DNA of 64,000 nucleotides from Squalus acanthias (taxonomy: Eukaryota): the NCBI GenBank assembly GCA_030390025.1, contig CM059432.1:64606001-64670000 (forward strand), given 5' to 3'. The position numbers and the translations under genes were made by a program. Positions 22,574 through 35,462 of this stretch are shown here, piece by piece. Every line of letters starts with the position of its first letter. Position 1 is the stretch's first letter. The notes beneath the pieces are model-generated. The model saw only the letters and a program-made list of their open reading frames with translations, was not told the origin of the DNA and searched no databases.

Positions 22574-24760
22574 GGCTAAAAAGTTGTTTGCCCCCGAAAA
22601 CGGGCACAGGGATCGCGATATGTGATCAACCCGCACCCGTTCAAAGTAATGCAGGCAGCATGCTAACTTTGTGCTGCCTGATAATTAACATGATTGTGGC
22701 ATTGAGCCCAGCGCTGAACATGCTGCTGAGTGGCTGATCGCTCAGGGGGGGGATCCAAGTTCGTACGAGGCGAGCACCAATTAAAACTAGCCTGCACTTA
22801 TTAAAGACAGTCGGCACCTCTTAAAGGAGAGGTGCATTCAGCGTGCAGCAGGTCATTCGACTGGCTGGGGAAGAGAGTCAAAGCAGCAAAAAAAAAATGA
22901 TGTCACAACAGGGGAGAGAGCATGCTCCAAGGTTCTCTGATGCAGCACTGGAAGCCTTGGTGCAGGAGGTGACCATGAGGAGAAAGCTTGTGTTACCACA
23001 GCGGGGCAGGAGGCCCTCCAGGCAAATGCGTAAAAGGCAATGGGAGCAGATAGCTGTTGTGGTGAATGCCAGCAGTGTAGCCCCAGGTACCTAAACGCAG
23101 TGCAGGAAGGAGTTCTATGACCCTACATGAGGGATCGAGATCAGTGAATTCATCTTCAAATGCCATATCCCACCATCTGCACCACTAATCTCACACACTG
23201 CTCAATGCAGCACACCCTCATCAATCACCTACCAAAAATCTCTACCAAACACGACTCACACCTCACATTCATAGCTTCGCTTCACCCTCACACAATTACC
23301 ACTGCTGCAAGCCTCACATCCACATCTCACAGCTTGCACACATTGGCAGCTATTCAAACATGACAGCCAGATCACCCAAACACATTGCACCACACTCACT
23401 GACACACTTCCCTTTCCCTGGCTCACAACCGGCACTAGCAGGACCTAACCGGTGGTGGACAGGTGCGCCTGCATCACCTGACACTGATAGAGCAGAAGGA
23501 GCTGGCCATTATTAAGAAGGCCATCGCAGAGCCCCTGGCCAGTGGCAAGGTTGAAAGAATACAAGATGCTGCTATCCTCATATATAATCCGCCTTCTCAC
23601 ATCCCACTCTACCCCTCATCCCACTATCTCTTCTGATTTACAAGCTGCACATGGTGTAAGCCCCCTCCCCTCACCACAACCTTACCCTTGTGCCTTTCTC
23701 CTTTCAGATACCCAAGAGCTGCCACCTGGCCAGGCACTGGTGGAGGAGCACAAAATAGAAGAGCACCGAGGCACTGATGATGAAGATGCAGCACCATCAC
23801 TCGATTTTACAGTCGCAACCACCAGCTCAGATACTAACACTCCATGTAGTTTAGAGGATAGGTTAGAGGTGGGATCTGCATGTGGTGAGACACTGGGAAC
23901 GAGTGGCCTGCAGCCAGAGCAGGGGGAAAGGGTAGCGCAGGTGCCTGCTCCACGGAGGGCGAGGTTGCACACGAGTTCTGCTGCAGAGGAGTCAGATGTG
24001 GATTTCGATGGGGAGGCCTACAGAAGAACACTGATGGGTATGCACAATGAAATACTTGGTGCATTGGCAGACCTTCCGGAAAGCCTGAGTGCAATGTCAA
24101 GGAGCATGGAGGAGTCCAGCACCAACCGTGCACAGGGCTTTGCGCAAAGCTTGGAGCCCATGATTTCCAGTATGGAAGTGATGGGCAACTCCATTAGCGT
24201 ACTTGTAGACCCAACAATGATGCAGCGTCTGATGGCTGATGTCTCAGCTTCCTTTGCAGCACAAGTAGAAGCCACCCAACATCTGAGTGCTGCAGTGGAA
24301 GCTCAGACTTCTGTCATACAGGCTCAGACTGCTCTCAAGCAGGCTCAGCTTGCTGCCATGGAAGCTCAGGCTGCCGCCATCGTGGCAGTGCAGAACCGTG
24401 TGGAAAGGGTAATGCAGGGTGTCACAGCAATCTGTCCTCCAACAGATAAATATGAATGGTGAGGCGACCATGGACTGCCCAGCCAGAAAGGGGCTGTCTA
24501 GGTTGACTCTTCCCTTCCGCTTCCTCCTCCTCCTCTTCCGCTTCCTCCTCCTCCTCCTCCTCAGATGGTCACCGGATGCCTCGTGGCCAAGGGCTGTGCC
24601 CTCATAATAACGAGGTTGTGGAGCATGCGGCAGACCATGACGAATCTTGAAACGCGTTCTGGTGAGTACTGTAGGGCTCCTCCAGAGTGGTCCTGGCACT
24701 GGAAGCATTGTTTAAGAATGCCAATGATCTGCTCTATCAGAATATGTGTTGCTGCATAGC
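22574..24760. mobile_element. Harbinger (H3), truncated: Myb gene (+, ~22897-24445) and transposase C-terminal fragment (-, ~24480-24760)
   Basis: Terminus GGCTAAAAAGTT; MSQQGREHAPRFSDAALEALVQEV...QWEQIA; IEQIIGILKQCF..SGGALQYSPERV. Confidence 0.87.
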
Positions 24761-25047
24761 TTTTGTTATTGGCAAATTGCCTGTCACATTTACTTAAAAT
24801 AACCCATTGATGTGTCACTCTGAGGACATTATAGGTATTATATAGATACAAGTTTACTTATTCATTTTAAAAAGAATCTCAGTATTTGTTTATAAACCTA
24901 AGAAATGGAAGCCAAGCCTGCCTTGAAAACATTCATTTAGTTGGTGGAAGCCTCTCTCTACTAATTGTTCTGAGAAACGAGCACCTCAATGACAATGCAT
25001 TGTATCGTTAACAGTAAGTCATGGAGGTCACTGTAACTAGCAGGATT

Positions 25048-25508
25048 GAAAGAAAGACAGACTTGCATTTATATCGCGCCTTTCACGACCACCAGACATC
25101 CCAAAGCTCTTTACAGCCAATGAAGTACTTTTTTTGTAGTCACTATTGTAATGTAGGAAATGCGGCAACCAATCTGCACACAGCAAACTACAAACAGTAA
25201 TGTGATAATGACCAAATAATCTGATTTTTTAGTGGTGTTGATTGAGGGATAAATATTGGCCAGGACACCGAGGATAACTCCCCTGCTCTTCTAAATAGTG
25301 TCAGAGGATCTTTTACGTCCACCTGAGAGAGCAGACGGAACCTCAGTTTAACATCTCATCCAAAAGACAGCACCTCCGACAGTGCAGCCCTCCCTCAGTA
25401 CTGCACTGGGAGTGTCAGCCTAGATTTTTGTGCTCAAGTCTCTGGAGTGGGACTTGAACCCACAACCTTCTGACTCAGAGGCGAGGGTGCTACCCACTGA
25501 GCCACAGC
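25048..25508 (-). mobile_element. tRNA-headed Deu-domain SINE (SacSINE1/AmnSINE-like), full length
   Basis: A box TGGCTCAGTGGG, B box GGTTCAAGTCC, Deu-like core TGCACTGTCGGAGGTGCTGTC...CCTGGCCAATATTTATCCCTCAA, L2-like tail. Confidence 0.87.
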
Positions 25509-25563
25509 AACTGCTGCTTGTGAAATGTAGTGCACCTCGAAATTCTGAGAACCTAAAACAAAG

Positions 25564-26158
25564 AAGGTGATTTTAACCCTACCTGACTGGCAGAAACTGG
25601 GTGGCTAGGCAGTTAAACTGCCCCAAGTGACCTATCTGTCGATTTCCTGCCGTCTTTGCGCTGATCCTGATTTGAACCTGCTCTTTTGAGCAGGTGACAA
25701 AGGCACCTGTCTGAAGTTGACGGGGCCCCCCTTTAAAAATGTTGACCAGGTTCCACTAATGTCATCGGACCCAACTACTATTTTAACTCACCTGATGCAG
25801 CTTTCCCACCAGGTGAAAACAGCGAGAAGATGGTTGGGGAAAAGGCCATTTAAGGACCAGAAAATGCCATTTAAGGTAAAAAAAAATTACATTCCATGCG
25901 CAGCCCTCCTGCAGCAAGTGAGCTCCTCTGGGTCCCACAAGGAAAGTTTAGGTCACCCCTTCTGTTGGTATCCCCTATCTCTCCAACGAGACCCTCCTAA
26001 AACCCCTCCCCAAGACTTAACTGCTTGCTGGCGAGGCTTCGTTTGGCACGTTTTAGGCCTCATAATGCTGATGCTGGGCTTGTTTGGTGCTTTCTTTGCC
26101 ACCCCGCCTTGCCCCCCACCCTGTTGAATCCTATTCCGCTTAAAGTTAAAATGTGCCA
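25564..26158. mobile_element. Probable Harbinger-type MITE, degenerate
   Basis: ATTTTAAC / GTTAAAAT inverted ends like the other MITEs; TSD not evident. Confidence 0.5.
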
Positions 26159-26285
26159 TTCTCCAAACTAGTTGCATGAAAATAGGTGTTTTGGTGACCT
26201 GTTTAAATGCCTGAGCAACTCTCAATCTTTATTCCCTTTTATGATACACTGCAATTTTAATGAGGAATACGTTCAGCTACCATTA

Positions 26286-27110
26286 ATAACAACAACAACA
26301 ACAACAAAAACTTGTATTTATATAGCACCTTTAACATAGTAAAACATCCCAAAGTGCTTCACAGCAGCATTATCAAACAAAATTTGACACCAAGCCACAT
26401 AAGGGCTGATAAAAAGAGGTAGGCTTTAAGGACCGTCTTAAAGGAGGAAAGAGAGGTAGAGAGGCAGAGAGATTTAGAGAGGGAATTCCAGAACTTAGGG
26501 CCTCAGCAGCTGAAGGCACGGCCACCAATGGTGGAGTGATTAAAATCAGGGATGTGCAAGAAACCAGAATTGGAGGAGTGCAGATATCTCGGAGAGTTGT
26601 AGGGCTGGAGGAGGTCACAGAGATAGGGAGGCGCGAGACTATGGAGGGATTTGAAAAAAGGAGAATTTTAACATCGAGGCATTGCTTAACTGGGAGCCAA
26701 TGTAGGTCAGTGAGCACAGGGATGATAGGTGAACAGAACTTGGTGTGAGCTAAGATACGGGCAGCATAATTTTGGATGAGCTTAAGTTTATGGAGGGTGT
26801 AAGGTGGGAGGGTGGCCAGGAGTGCATTGGAATAGTCATGTCTAGAGGTGACAAAGGCAGGGGTGATGGTTTCAGCAGCAGTTGAGGCAGGGGTGGAGTT
26901 GGGCGATGTTATGGAGGTGGAAGTAGGCGGTCTTAGTGATGGCGCAGATATGTGGTCAGAAGCTCATCTTGGGGTCAAATACGACACCAAAGTTGCGAAC
27001 TGTCTGGTTCAATCTCAGACAGTTGCCAAGGAGAGGGATGGAGTCTATGGATAGGGAACGGAGTTTGTGGCGGGGACTGAAGACAATGGCTTCGCTCTTC
27101 CCAATATTTA
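26286..27110 (-). mobile_element. L2 LINE 3' fragment
   Basis: LTDLHWLPV motif, (TTG)n tail, similar to 32720-33545. Confidence 0.88.
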
Positions 27111-27697
27111 GTAAGAATAAAAATAAGGGCATCTTGCCAAATCCTCTCCAATTACTCCAACTCCATGCTTAGGTGAGTTTGCTGTAGTGGTAAATGTACT
27201 GTGTCATCCTCACTTAATATACAATTTATCACTTTGTTGCATCTTAATTTACTGTTTCTGGTTAATTAAGTCATCCAGTGAAATATTAGGCGGAATATGG
27301 AAATGAAACATTTTAACAGGACATAAATCACTTGACCTTTGGTAATGAATTTTATCCAGTGATGTTAATACGCCAAAAAGGTATGTAATATTGGCCAGGG
27401 CACCGAGGAGAACTCCCCCGCTCTTCTTAAAATAAGAAATAAGATATTGAATAAGCAAACTGTTCGATCGGATTAAGGGTTGGTTTTCATATTAAGAACC
27501 AAAAGCCCAAAACTTAAGAAAAGATTAAACTAACTTGCATTTTTCCCTCTTTACCAAATATCTCTGCAACTGTACTTAGTGTCACCAAAGAGTCACTACT
27601 TATATAACTGGGTGATTTTTCCAAATTTTCACTCGCATCAGGGAGCCTCACCTGCTGAGAGTGCATATTGGGAATTCCAGTGTGACTGGCACACAAT

Positions 27698-28657
27698 GGA
27701 GGGAATTTTAACATTGAGGAGTGCGTGGATTTAGGTGCATGTGGCGGTTAAAATTTGTGGAAAATGTCAATGCGTCGACTTCCTCCTCTGGGAAGTCGGT
27801 GGAGGTCCACCTCAGGTTCTCTCTCGCTCCCTTGTGTTTTGCGCTCTCTTCTCCTGCAACTGGGGAAACAGCAGACCTATGAGTGACTATAATGGCATGT
27901 GTTCACCCAATGGGTGTGGTGCATTTGATGAGGGTGACTATCCGGGAGAAGTATCAAATTGCATAAGGATGAGGGTGAGTGGTGGTGGTGGATGAATAGA
28001 TGGGGATGTGAGAAAATGCCTAGAAAGAGAACGATGGGTGCGCTTCCAAGATAAGTGGGTATGAGGAGTATGATGAGGAGTAGGCTTGACAAGGCAGAGT
28101 GAGGGGGGATGATGTGCACAACAGGATGTAGGTGAATGTGCAACTATACGCACATTTCCTGACATGGTGAGGTCATTAAAATGCTTCTTGCACTGAAGCC
28201 AGGACCATGGCACAATGCTCCTGCTGCTGACCTCCTCAGCCAACTCCAGCCTTCTTTGTGGCAGCAGTAGGTTTCTTTCTGCCATTGTTGGGGAAGAGCA
28301 TCTCTCTCCGACTCCTCACTGCACCCAATTGGGCATCAAGCGATACATGGTCAATTCAAGGCACAGCCCTTGACCACCCTGAATCCCTGATGAGACTTCT
28401 CCCTCTCTTGGTTCAAACTCCTAACTCCTCCAAATTGCATCTTTGGATCGGCCCTTTAAATACTCCAGTTGAGATTGCGTCATGCAGGTCCGCACCACGT
28501 CCGCTGCCGCGCATTCAACGCCAAACCCGGAAATTATATTATAATGAGGTGACTGCGTTAATATGCCACAGACTAACACGTTGAAATTTCTTCCAGGTTT
28601 CCCACACGATATCACACATCTCTGCTCTGAATGCACCTCCATGTTATTATCTGGGCC
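27698..28657. mobile_element. Non-autonomous Harbinger derivative (H4) retaining Myb exon 1 (-, ~28150-28390)
   Basis: Imperfect TIRs (..TAACATTGAGG / CCTCCATGTTA..), AAT on both flanks, LELAEEVSSRSIVPWSWLQCKKHFNDLT. Confidence 0.72.
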
Positions 28658-28741
28658 AATATTTTGACCATTTTAAATAATGCTCAGTAAATTGTCTTCA
28701 GCATGCCAGAACTCCTGATATCTGCTCTCGGTGGCCAAGGC

Positions 28742-29060
28742 TCCCATCCAGAAGCATGAAGATAGGAACATAGGAACAGGAGTAGGCCATTCAGCCCCTC
28801 AAGCCTGTTCTGCCATTCAATGAGATCATGGCTGATCTGAATAATAACTCCATTTACCCGCCTTCGGTCCATATCCCTTAATACCCTTGGCTAGCAAAAA
28901 CCTAGCGATTTGAGATTTAAAATTATTAATTGAGCTAGTATCTACTGCTTTTTGGGGAGAGAGTTCCACACTTCTACCATCCTTTGTGTGAAGAAGTGTT
29001 TCCTAACTTCTCTTCTGAATGGCCTGGCTCGAATTTTAAGGTTATGTCCGTTTGTCCTGG
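28742..29060 (-). mobile_element. CR1 LINE 3' end
   Basis: Minus-strand HFFTQR-type coding end and tail repeat (ATAGGAAC on +). Confidence 0.85.
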
Positions 29061-29332
29061 AAGTTGGAATCTAGCACAACTTGTCTGAAATGAGGACTTT
29101 TATATCCAGGCCATCCTTCCCTAATTGAAAATGCTACACTCCTTGCACAATTTTCCTTCATTAAGATAATTATTTTTCTGTTGCTCTCAATGTGTTGTCA
29201 GATACACATTGATGTATATAAGTAAGGCATTTACCTATACCATCCATTAGGAGCACATTACAAAGTAAACACTCAATAGCTAAATTTCAAGTGCAATGTT
29301 TCACTTGTCACATCAGACAAGTTATTTATGCT

Positions 29333-30066
29333 GGTCTGGAGTTTCCGCTCGATTGCGATGGTTTTCTCGGTGTGATTCCCCCGATATCGGCGTAACCGAC
29401 GCAAAAGATCACAGAATTTTAAGCGCAAATTGCATTCAGCACAACTTGAATTTCTGCGATCTTTTGGGCTAGTTTTAAAAACATTGTGCTAGAAGCAGGC
29501 CCCACCCACAAAAGTGGCCACGCCCCCAGGGTGAATTAATCACCATTGGGAGTTTCTGCTAGTTACACTCGCTTGCAGGCCTTTGAGGAGGCACCAAAAA
29601 TTAAGCTAGAACTTTTGGGCGCAAGGACACTAATAGGTACATTTTGAAAGGTTTTGAATTATTTTTTAATTTACTAAGGAACTCATTACTGTACCCCAGT
29701 CTAACTAGAAAATTGTTTTGTAAATTTTTTTAAGTCTTTTTCCGTAATTTAATATCGGGTTATTCACAGGTGGTGGATTAACACTGATTTAAAATGCTTA
29801 TTTTTTGTGATAAACCCATTTTCAGCTGTATTAATCAAACGTTACCAAGTTACCACACTTAAATATATCACGGAATAGTTTTTTGAAGCAACATTTTTTT
29901 TTTAAATACGTTTTAAAACGCTGCCCGATTGCACTGGATCATGACAGAATTTGCATTCAGCGATATGAAAATAAGTTTAAGCGGAACCTCGTGGGAAAAA
30001 AACACTTTTCAAAATGGGCGCAATTTTGGGCTCAATTTGCGCCGGAATCGCCAATTGCGCCGAAGG
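29333..30066. mobile_element. Probable non-autonomous DNA transposon (GC-rich ends, AT-rich middle)
   Basis: Starts GGTCTGGAGTTTCC, with GCGC-rich subterminal motifs at both ends. Right end abuts a SINE. Confidence 0.45.
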
Positions 30067-30067
30067 A

Positions 30068-30420
30068 CACTCCAGTGCAAAACTGAGGGATTGCTGCACT
30101 GTCAGAGGTGCTGTCTTTCAGATGAGATATTAAACCAAGGCTCTGTCTACCATCTCAAAGATCCCATGACACTATTTTGAAGAAGAGCAGGGGAGGTCTC
30201 CCTGGTGTCCTGGCCAATATTTATCCCACAACCAACATCACTAAAACAGATGATCTTGTCATTATCTCATTGCTGTTTCTGGGACCTTGCTGTGCACAAT
30301 TTGGCTGCTGCATTACTTACATTATTACAGTGACTACACTTCAAAAGTACTTCATTGGCTGTAAAGCACTTGGGACGTCCTGAGGTCATGAAAGGTGCTA
30401 TATAAATGCAAGTCTTTCTT
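30068..30420 (+). mobile_element. Deu-domain SINE, 5'-truncated
   Basis: Matches the core and tail of 25048-25420. Confidence 0.85.
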
Positions 30421-30769
30421 TTTTATCTTTATTATTTAGAAGCTTTATGGACTTGAATGTCAATTTTTATTTTCAATTCTTTAATCAATGGGGAAGAAAT
30501 TCTGGGGGCCAGGACAGGCAGAAGAGTGGCACACTCCTGGCAGTTTGGCTGCAATTTGGGACAGAACCCGGATTTACTGGGTTTTTCCCGTGCAACTTCA
30601 TGGAGAAATTCTGATCAGCAAGAGGACATGTAATCTTTGGGGGCATATCTGGTGGACCTAAACGGGACTATCCTGAGAATTTCGCCCAGTATGCTACCTC
30701 ATAGGCCAAGCAAGACCTTTAGCAGCTGGACTTCAGGAAGCAGCCAAAGTGGGCCGAAAGAAAGATAAT

Positions 30770-31658
30770 GGGGGAAAAATTCAGTTGGTTGCGCCTCCCG
30801 TTAGCGCCTTAAGAGGGCGCTAATGGGGCGCAAAGCATCTAGCGCCCAGGCGCGGCGAAGTTTGCGCCGCTCGCGAAATTAACTAGACATTTTGCGGCGG
30901 CGCTAAACACTACCGCCACGATCTCCTGCGCCGGCAGATCATGACGTCACTCGAGTGCGCAACGCCCCGGTATCGCCCCGGAGCGGATATTGAGTGGCGC
31001 CCCCTGCCTTACCGCCTGACGCTAGCAACGACAGGTTGAGGGGAGCGTTCTGCAGTCATGAAGGGAAAGGGGGAGCGCTATTTAAAGGTGACCGCTTCCT
31101 GCCTTTTATTGTTGGTGCCATTTTTGAACTACGCATTCTGAGAGAGGGAGAGACTTCTGGAGAGATTCAACGTTGTGTGAAGGAGTTTTGGGTACTGAGC
31201 AGCACTTTGCAGGTTCATTTTGATTTGCCATTCCTTGTATCGATTTAGCAGAGACTGTGGGGGCTGCACTCTGAGCTCTTTGCCTGGTACTCTCCATTGT
31301 TCTTTCCAGCACATTTGATGTGCAAGTCTCTCCAGGCTGAGATTCAAGGCTGCAATGAGCAGGATGTGGATGGAAAGCAAGCTTAACCATCCCCTTTAAG
31401 AACTGGCCCATGCCATTGTGTGTGTGTTCCATTGCTGACTGACATTACATGAGCTTCGCCAGTGCTCTGAGGTAGCGCCTCGCTCCTCGGCCTTTGCGCC
31501 TTAAGACAGGTGTGAAGCGCCTGATATAGCGCTGCAATCACCTCCAGGGGCGATAAAAGTCAAGTTTGCAGTCGGTGGCGATAATTAGCGCCAGGCGCTA
31601 ATCTTTGCGCCCGGCCAATAATTGCGCCCCAAATGGGGCGATACTGAATTTCTCCCCC
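30770..31658. mobile_element. Harbinger-type MITE, CpG-rich
   Basis: TIR GGGGGAAAAATTCAGT / ACTGAATTTCTCCCCC (15/16), TSD AAT, many (TA)GCGCC subterminal motifs. Confidence 0.88.
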
Positions 31659-32544
31659 AATCAATCTAAGAGGGGATTGATTACTGTTAGATGATGACCT
31701 TTAGCTCCCTTAGGAGCACTGAAACAAATTATGCAACCCTTTTTCTTTAGACCTAAATGGGCATTGTCAGGGCTGGCAGCTCTCTTGTACCTCTATGGGT
31801 ACGAACTTCCAGCCCTGATTACATAAACAATGTAAACAACACCTTTCTGGCTATTTGGGACAGGCGTCAATGTCCGCTGCAGCAGAAGGCAGGGAGTACA
31901 AATACCGCCACACTTCCAGCAGTGAAGTAGGGTCCCTGGAATTTTGCATCCAATATATTTTTTTGTACATCATGAGGGGAAACCTTAATTAAAACCTTTG
32001 CTGCAGCTTGCCCACCACTATTCAGGTTGCTTTTTAAGGAAGTTTGAGATCAAAAAGGTTCTGCTTTTCAGAGCAAAATGCAAACAATTTTCTGAATATT
32101 CATCAATAACACAATGCAAAATGCCTTTTGTTTGCAATCTTGTGATTTGTCAGTCTTTAATGCAGGTAAAGAGTGCAGTTTCTCTGTTTGTATTCAACTG
32201 AATGGTCTTCCAGCTGTCATTTTATTTTTACTCAAATTCCATATTAGCCCTGATTGCAGCATGACAAAAGAATAATTCTCCACTTTGCTGCTGCAGTCCT
32301 TTTAAATCATTGGAGCAGCACTCAGAAATCCCACCACTGCACATGCAGACTCCGAGGTAACCTACTGCATGGGTAGTTGCTCATCTTGCCTACTTGGTTA
32401 GAGGCCAAATCAGACATTATGGTAGGAACGGCCATGCTCAGTACATCAGGAGATGTCCTAGTCAGCACTGCCTTCACTCCATGAGCACTGTTCCAGAATG
32501 CTTACCAGAATTCTTTTCTCCATTTCAAACACATTCCTCACAGA

Positions 32545-33553
32545 TTTAAAATCAATATCCTACAACCCTCTGAGATCTTTCTGCTGCTCCAATTCTGGCC
32601 TCTTGCTCATCCCTGATTTCCATTTCTCCAACATTGGTGGCTGTGCCTTCAGCTGCCTAGGCCTAAACTCTGGAATTCCCTCCCTAAATCTCTCTGCCTC
32701 TCCACCTCACTTTCCTTCTTTAACTAAGACTGCCTATTTCCACCTCCGTAACATTGTCTGCCTCCACCCCTGCCTCAGCTCATCTGCTGCTGAAACCCTC
32801 ATCCATGCCTTTGTTACCTCTAGACTTGACTATTCCAATGCACTCCTGGCTGGCCTCCCATATTCTACCCTACATAAACTTGAGGTCATCCAAAACTCAG
32901 CTGCCCATGTCCGAACTCGCACCAAGTCCCGTTCACCCATCACCCCTGTGCTCACTGACCTACATTGGCTCCCGCCTCGATTTCAAAATTTTCATCCTTG
33001 TTTTTAAATCCCTCTATGTCCTTGCCCCTCGCTATCTCTGTAATCTCCTCCAGCCCCACAACCCCCCGAAATATCTGCGCTCCTCTAATTCTGCCCTCTT
33101 GAGCATTCCTGATTATAATCGCTCAACCATTGGTGGCTGTACCTTCAGTTGCCTAGGCCCTAATCTCTGGAATTCCCTGCCTAAACCTCTCTGGCTCTCT
33201 ACTTCTCTTTCCTCCTTTAAGACGCTCCTTGAAACCTTTCTCTTTGACCAAGCTTTTGTTCATCTGCCCTAATTTCTCCTTATGTGGCTCGGTGTCAAAT
33301 TTTTGTCTTATAACACTCCTGTGAAGCACCTTGGGACGTTTTACTATGTTAAAGGCGCTATATAAATACAAGTTGTTATTTAAGTTGCTCCTTAAAACCT
33401 ACTTCTTTGATGAAGCTTTTGGTCACCTGCTCTAATATCTCTTTATGTGGCTCGGTGTCAAATTTAGTTTGATAACGCTTCTGTGAAGCGCCTTGGGATG
33501 TTTTACTATGTTAAAGGCGCTATATAAATGCAAGTTATTGTTGTTGGTGTTGT
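32545..33553 (+). mobile_element. L2 LINE 3' fragments in tandem
   Basis: LIHAFVTSRLDYSNALLAGLP, ITPVLTDLHWL. Two consecutive 3' tails ending AAAGGCGCTATATAAAT(A/G)CAAGTT. Confidence 0.9.
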
Positions 33554-33953
33554 TAAAAGTACACATATTGTGGGGGGGGGGGGTGAAATTCCTCAGGGTG
33601 TTTCTCCCACTCCACCATTGTAACTTCCAGGGTTAAAGCGATGGAGCGGGAGAAGGTACGATGAAATTTGCCCCATTATTATCGCTTCGTGCTACCTATG
33701 ACATGCTAGTCCTGAAGTGTAACCCAATATTAAAAGTTTTACCATCAGAGGTTACAAAATATTACTAAATGCTCTATCAGGTATGACCTGTTCCCAGCTA
33801 CTATTTAATATGCTGTATCAAGATGCAGTCCTGCATTACTTCCATCCATATATTGCCCTACCCCCTCCTTTGAAAATGTTCCATGTTTATTGCACTATTC
33901 TTGGTGGCTGAGCCTTCATATCAAAGCATTTGTTTAAACTTCAGAGAGTCATA

Positions 33954-34571
33954 GGGGGAAAAATTGGGTTGCTTTGCGCCTCCCGTTAGCGCCCTAAGAT
34001 GGTGCTAACGGGGCGCAAAGCAACTAGCGCCCAGGCGCGGCGCTGCCCACGCTTCCCGCGAAATTAAGCGGGAGGTTAGCGGCAGCACTAACCGGTAGCG
34101 CCCCGCGGCGCTGGGCCGCCGGCGATGACATCATCGCCATGTGCAGCGCCCCTCTCGCGCCCTGGCTGCGATCTTCGGGAGCGCCCCCTGACTTACCGCT
34201 GGACACTAGTCCAACGGGGTCAGGGGGGCCTACCTGCGGCTGGGGAGGCGCTATCTAAAGGCGAAGTGCGGGGCGGCTATGTTTGTTGCTGGCCACCTGC
34301 CAGCACCTGCCTGCACTCCCGTCCCCGGCCTCCTGAACGGCCCCCCCCCCGCGGATTGCCAGCTGCACTCCAAGAGCCCGGCACTTCTCTTGAGTGCCGG
34401 GCTCTTTTGCCGGCACTCCCGATCCCCGGGGGCCCAGCTGGCCCAGTAGCACCCCGCTTCCCTCTTGGGGCGCAATCACTCAATTTCCAGCGTGGGGGCG
34501 CTAATTTTTCCGAGGCGCTAAAAGTAGCACCCCGGCGAAGTTAGCGCCCGGCGCTACTCAATTTTTAACCC
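33954..34571. mobile_element. Harbinger-type MITE, CpG-rich, related to 30770-31658
   Basis: TIR GGGGGAAAAATTGGGT / ACTCAATTTTTAACCC, TSD ATA, shared subterminal TTGCGCCTCCCGTTAGCGCC. Confidence 0.85.
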
Positions 34572-34574
34572 ATA

Positions 34575-35462
34575 AAGTCACAACGGCATAGAAGGCGGCC
34601 ATTCGGCCCATCGAGTCCGTGTCGGCTCTCTGTAGAGTAATCCGATCAGTCCCATTCCCCCGTGCTATCCCCGTAGCCCTGCAAGTTTAATTCCCTCAAG
34701 TGCCTATCCAGTCTCCCCTTGAAAACATTGAGTGTTTCCACTTCCACCACTTCCATCGGCAGCGAATTCCAGGTCATCACCACTCGCTGCGTAAAAAAGT
34801 TTTTCCTCACGTCCCCCTTGTATCTCTTGCCCAAAACCTTAAATCTGTGTCCCCTAGTCCTTGTACTATCAACTAGTGGGAACAGCCTTTCCCCATCTAG
34901 CCTATCCAAACCCGTCATAATCTTGTACACCTCTATCAAATCACCCCTCAACCTCCTTTGCTCTAATGAAAACAAATCCAGCTTCTCCAACCTGTCCTTG
35001 TAGCTAAGATTCCCCATCCCCGGAACCATTATGGTAAATCTCCTCTGCACCCTCGCAAGGGCCTTCACATCCTTCCTAAAGTGTGGTGACCAGAGCTGGA
35101 CGCAATACTCCAGTTGTGACCGAACCAGCGCTTTATAAAGGTTCAGCATAACTTCTCTACTTTTGTACTCAATACCTCTATTTATGAAGCCCAAGATCCC
35201 ATATGCTTTGTTAACCACTCTCTCAATATGTCCTGCCACCTTCAGGGACCTATGCACATTAACTCCCAGGTCCCTCTGTCCCTGCACACTCTTTAAAACT
35301 GTGCCATTAAGTGTATATTGCCTCTCCCTGTTCCTTCGGCCAAAATACATCACCTCACACTTCTCTGTATTAAATTCCATCTGCCATTTGTCTGCCCATT
35401 CTGCTAGCCTTTCTATGTCCTGCAGCAGTCGATTGGTATCATCATCACTGTTTGCCACACCC
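34575..35462 (-). mobile_element. CR1 LINE, 5'-truncated, with open 270-codon ORF2 C-terminus (34646-35458)
   Basis: WADKWQMEFN, LYKALVRSQLEYCVQLWSP, FFTQRVVMTWNSLP, CR1 3' UTR. Confidence 0.93.

Noticed and set aside
25440..25508. tRNA gene
   Set aside because: The A/B boxes belong to a SINE head that continues into the Deu domain; the same applies at 49235-49298 and 22465-22535.
34277..34483. Collagen-like GATGPAGPPG peptide
   Set aside because: Only a few triplets, inside a GC-rich MITE with TIRs and TSD, and no exon structure.
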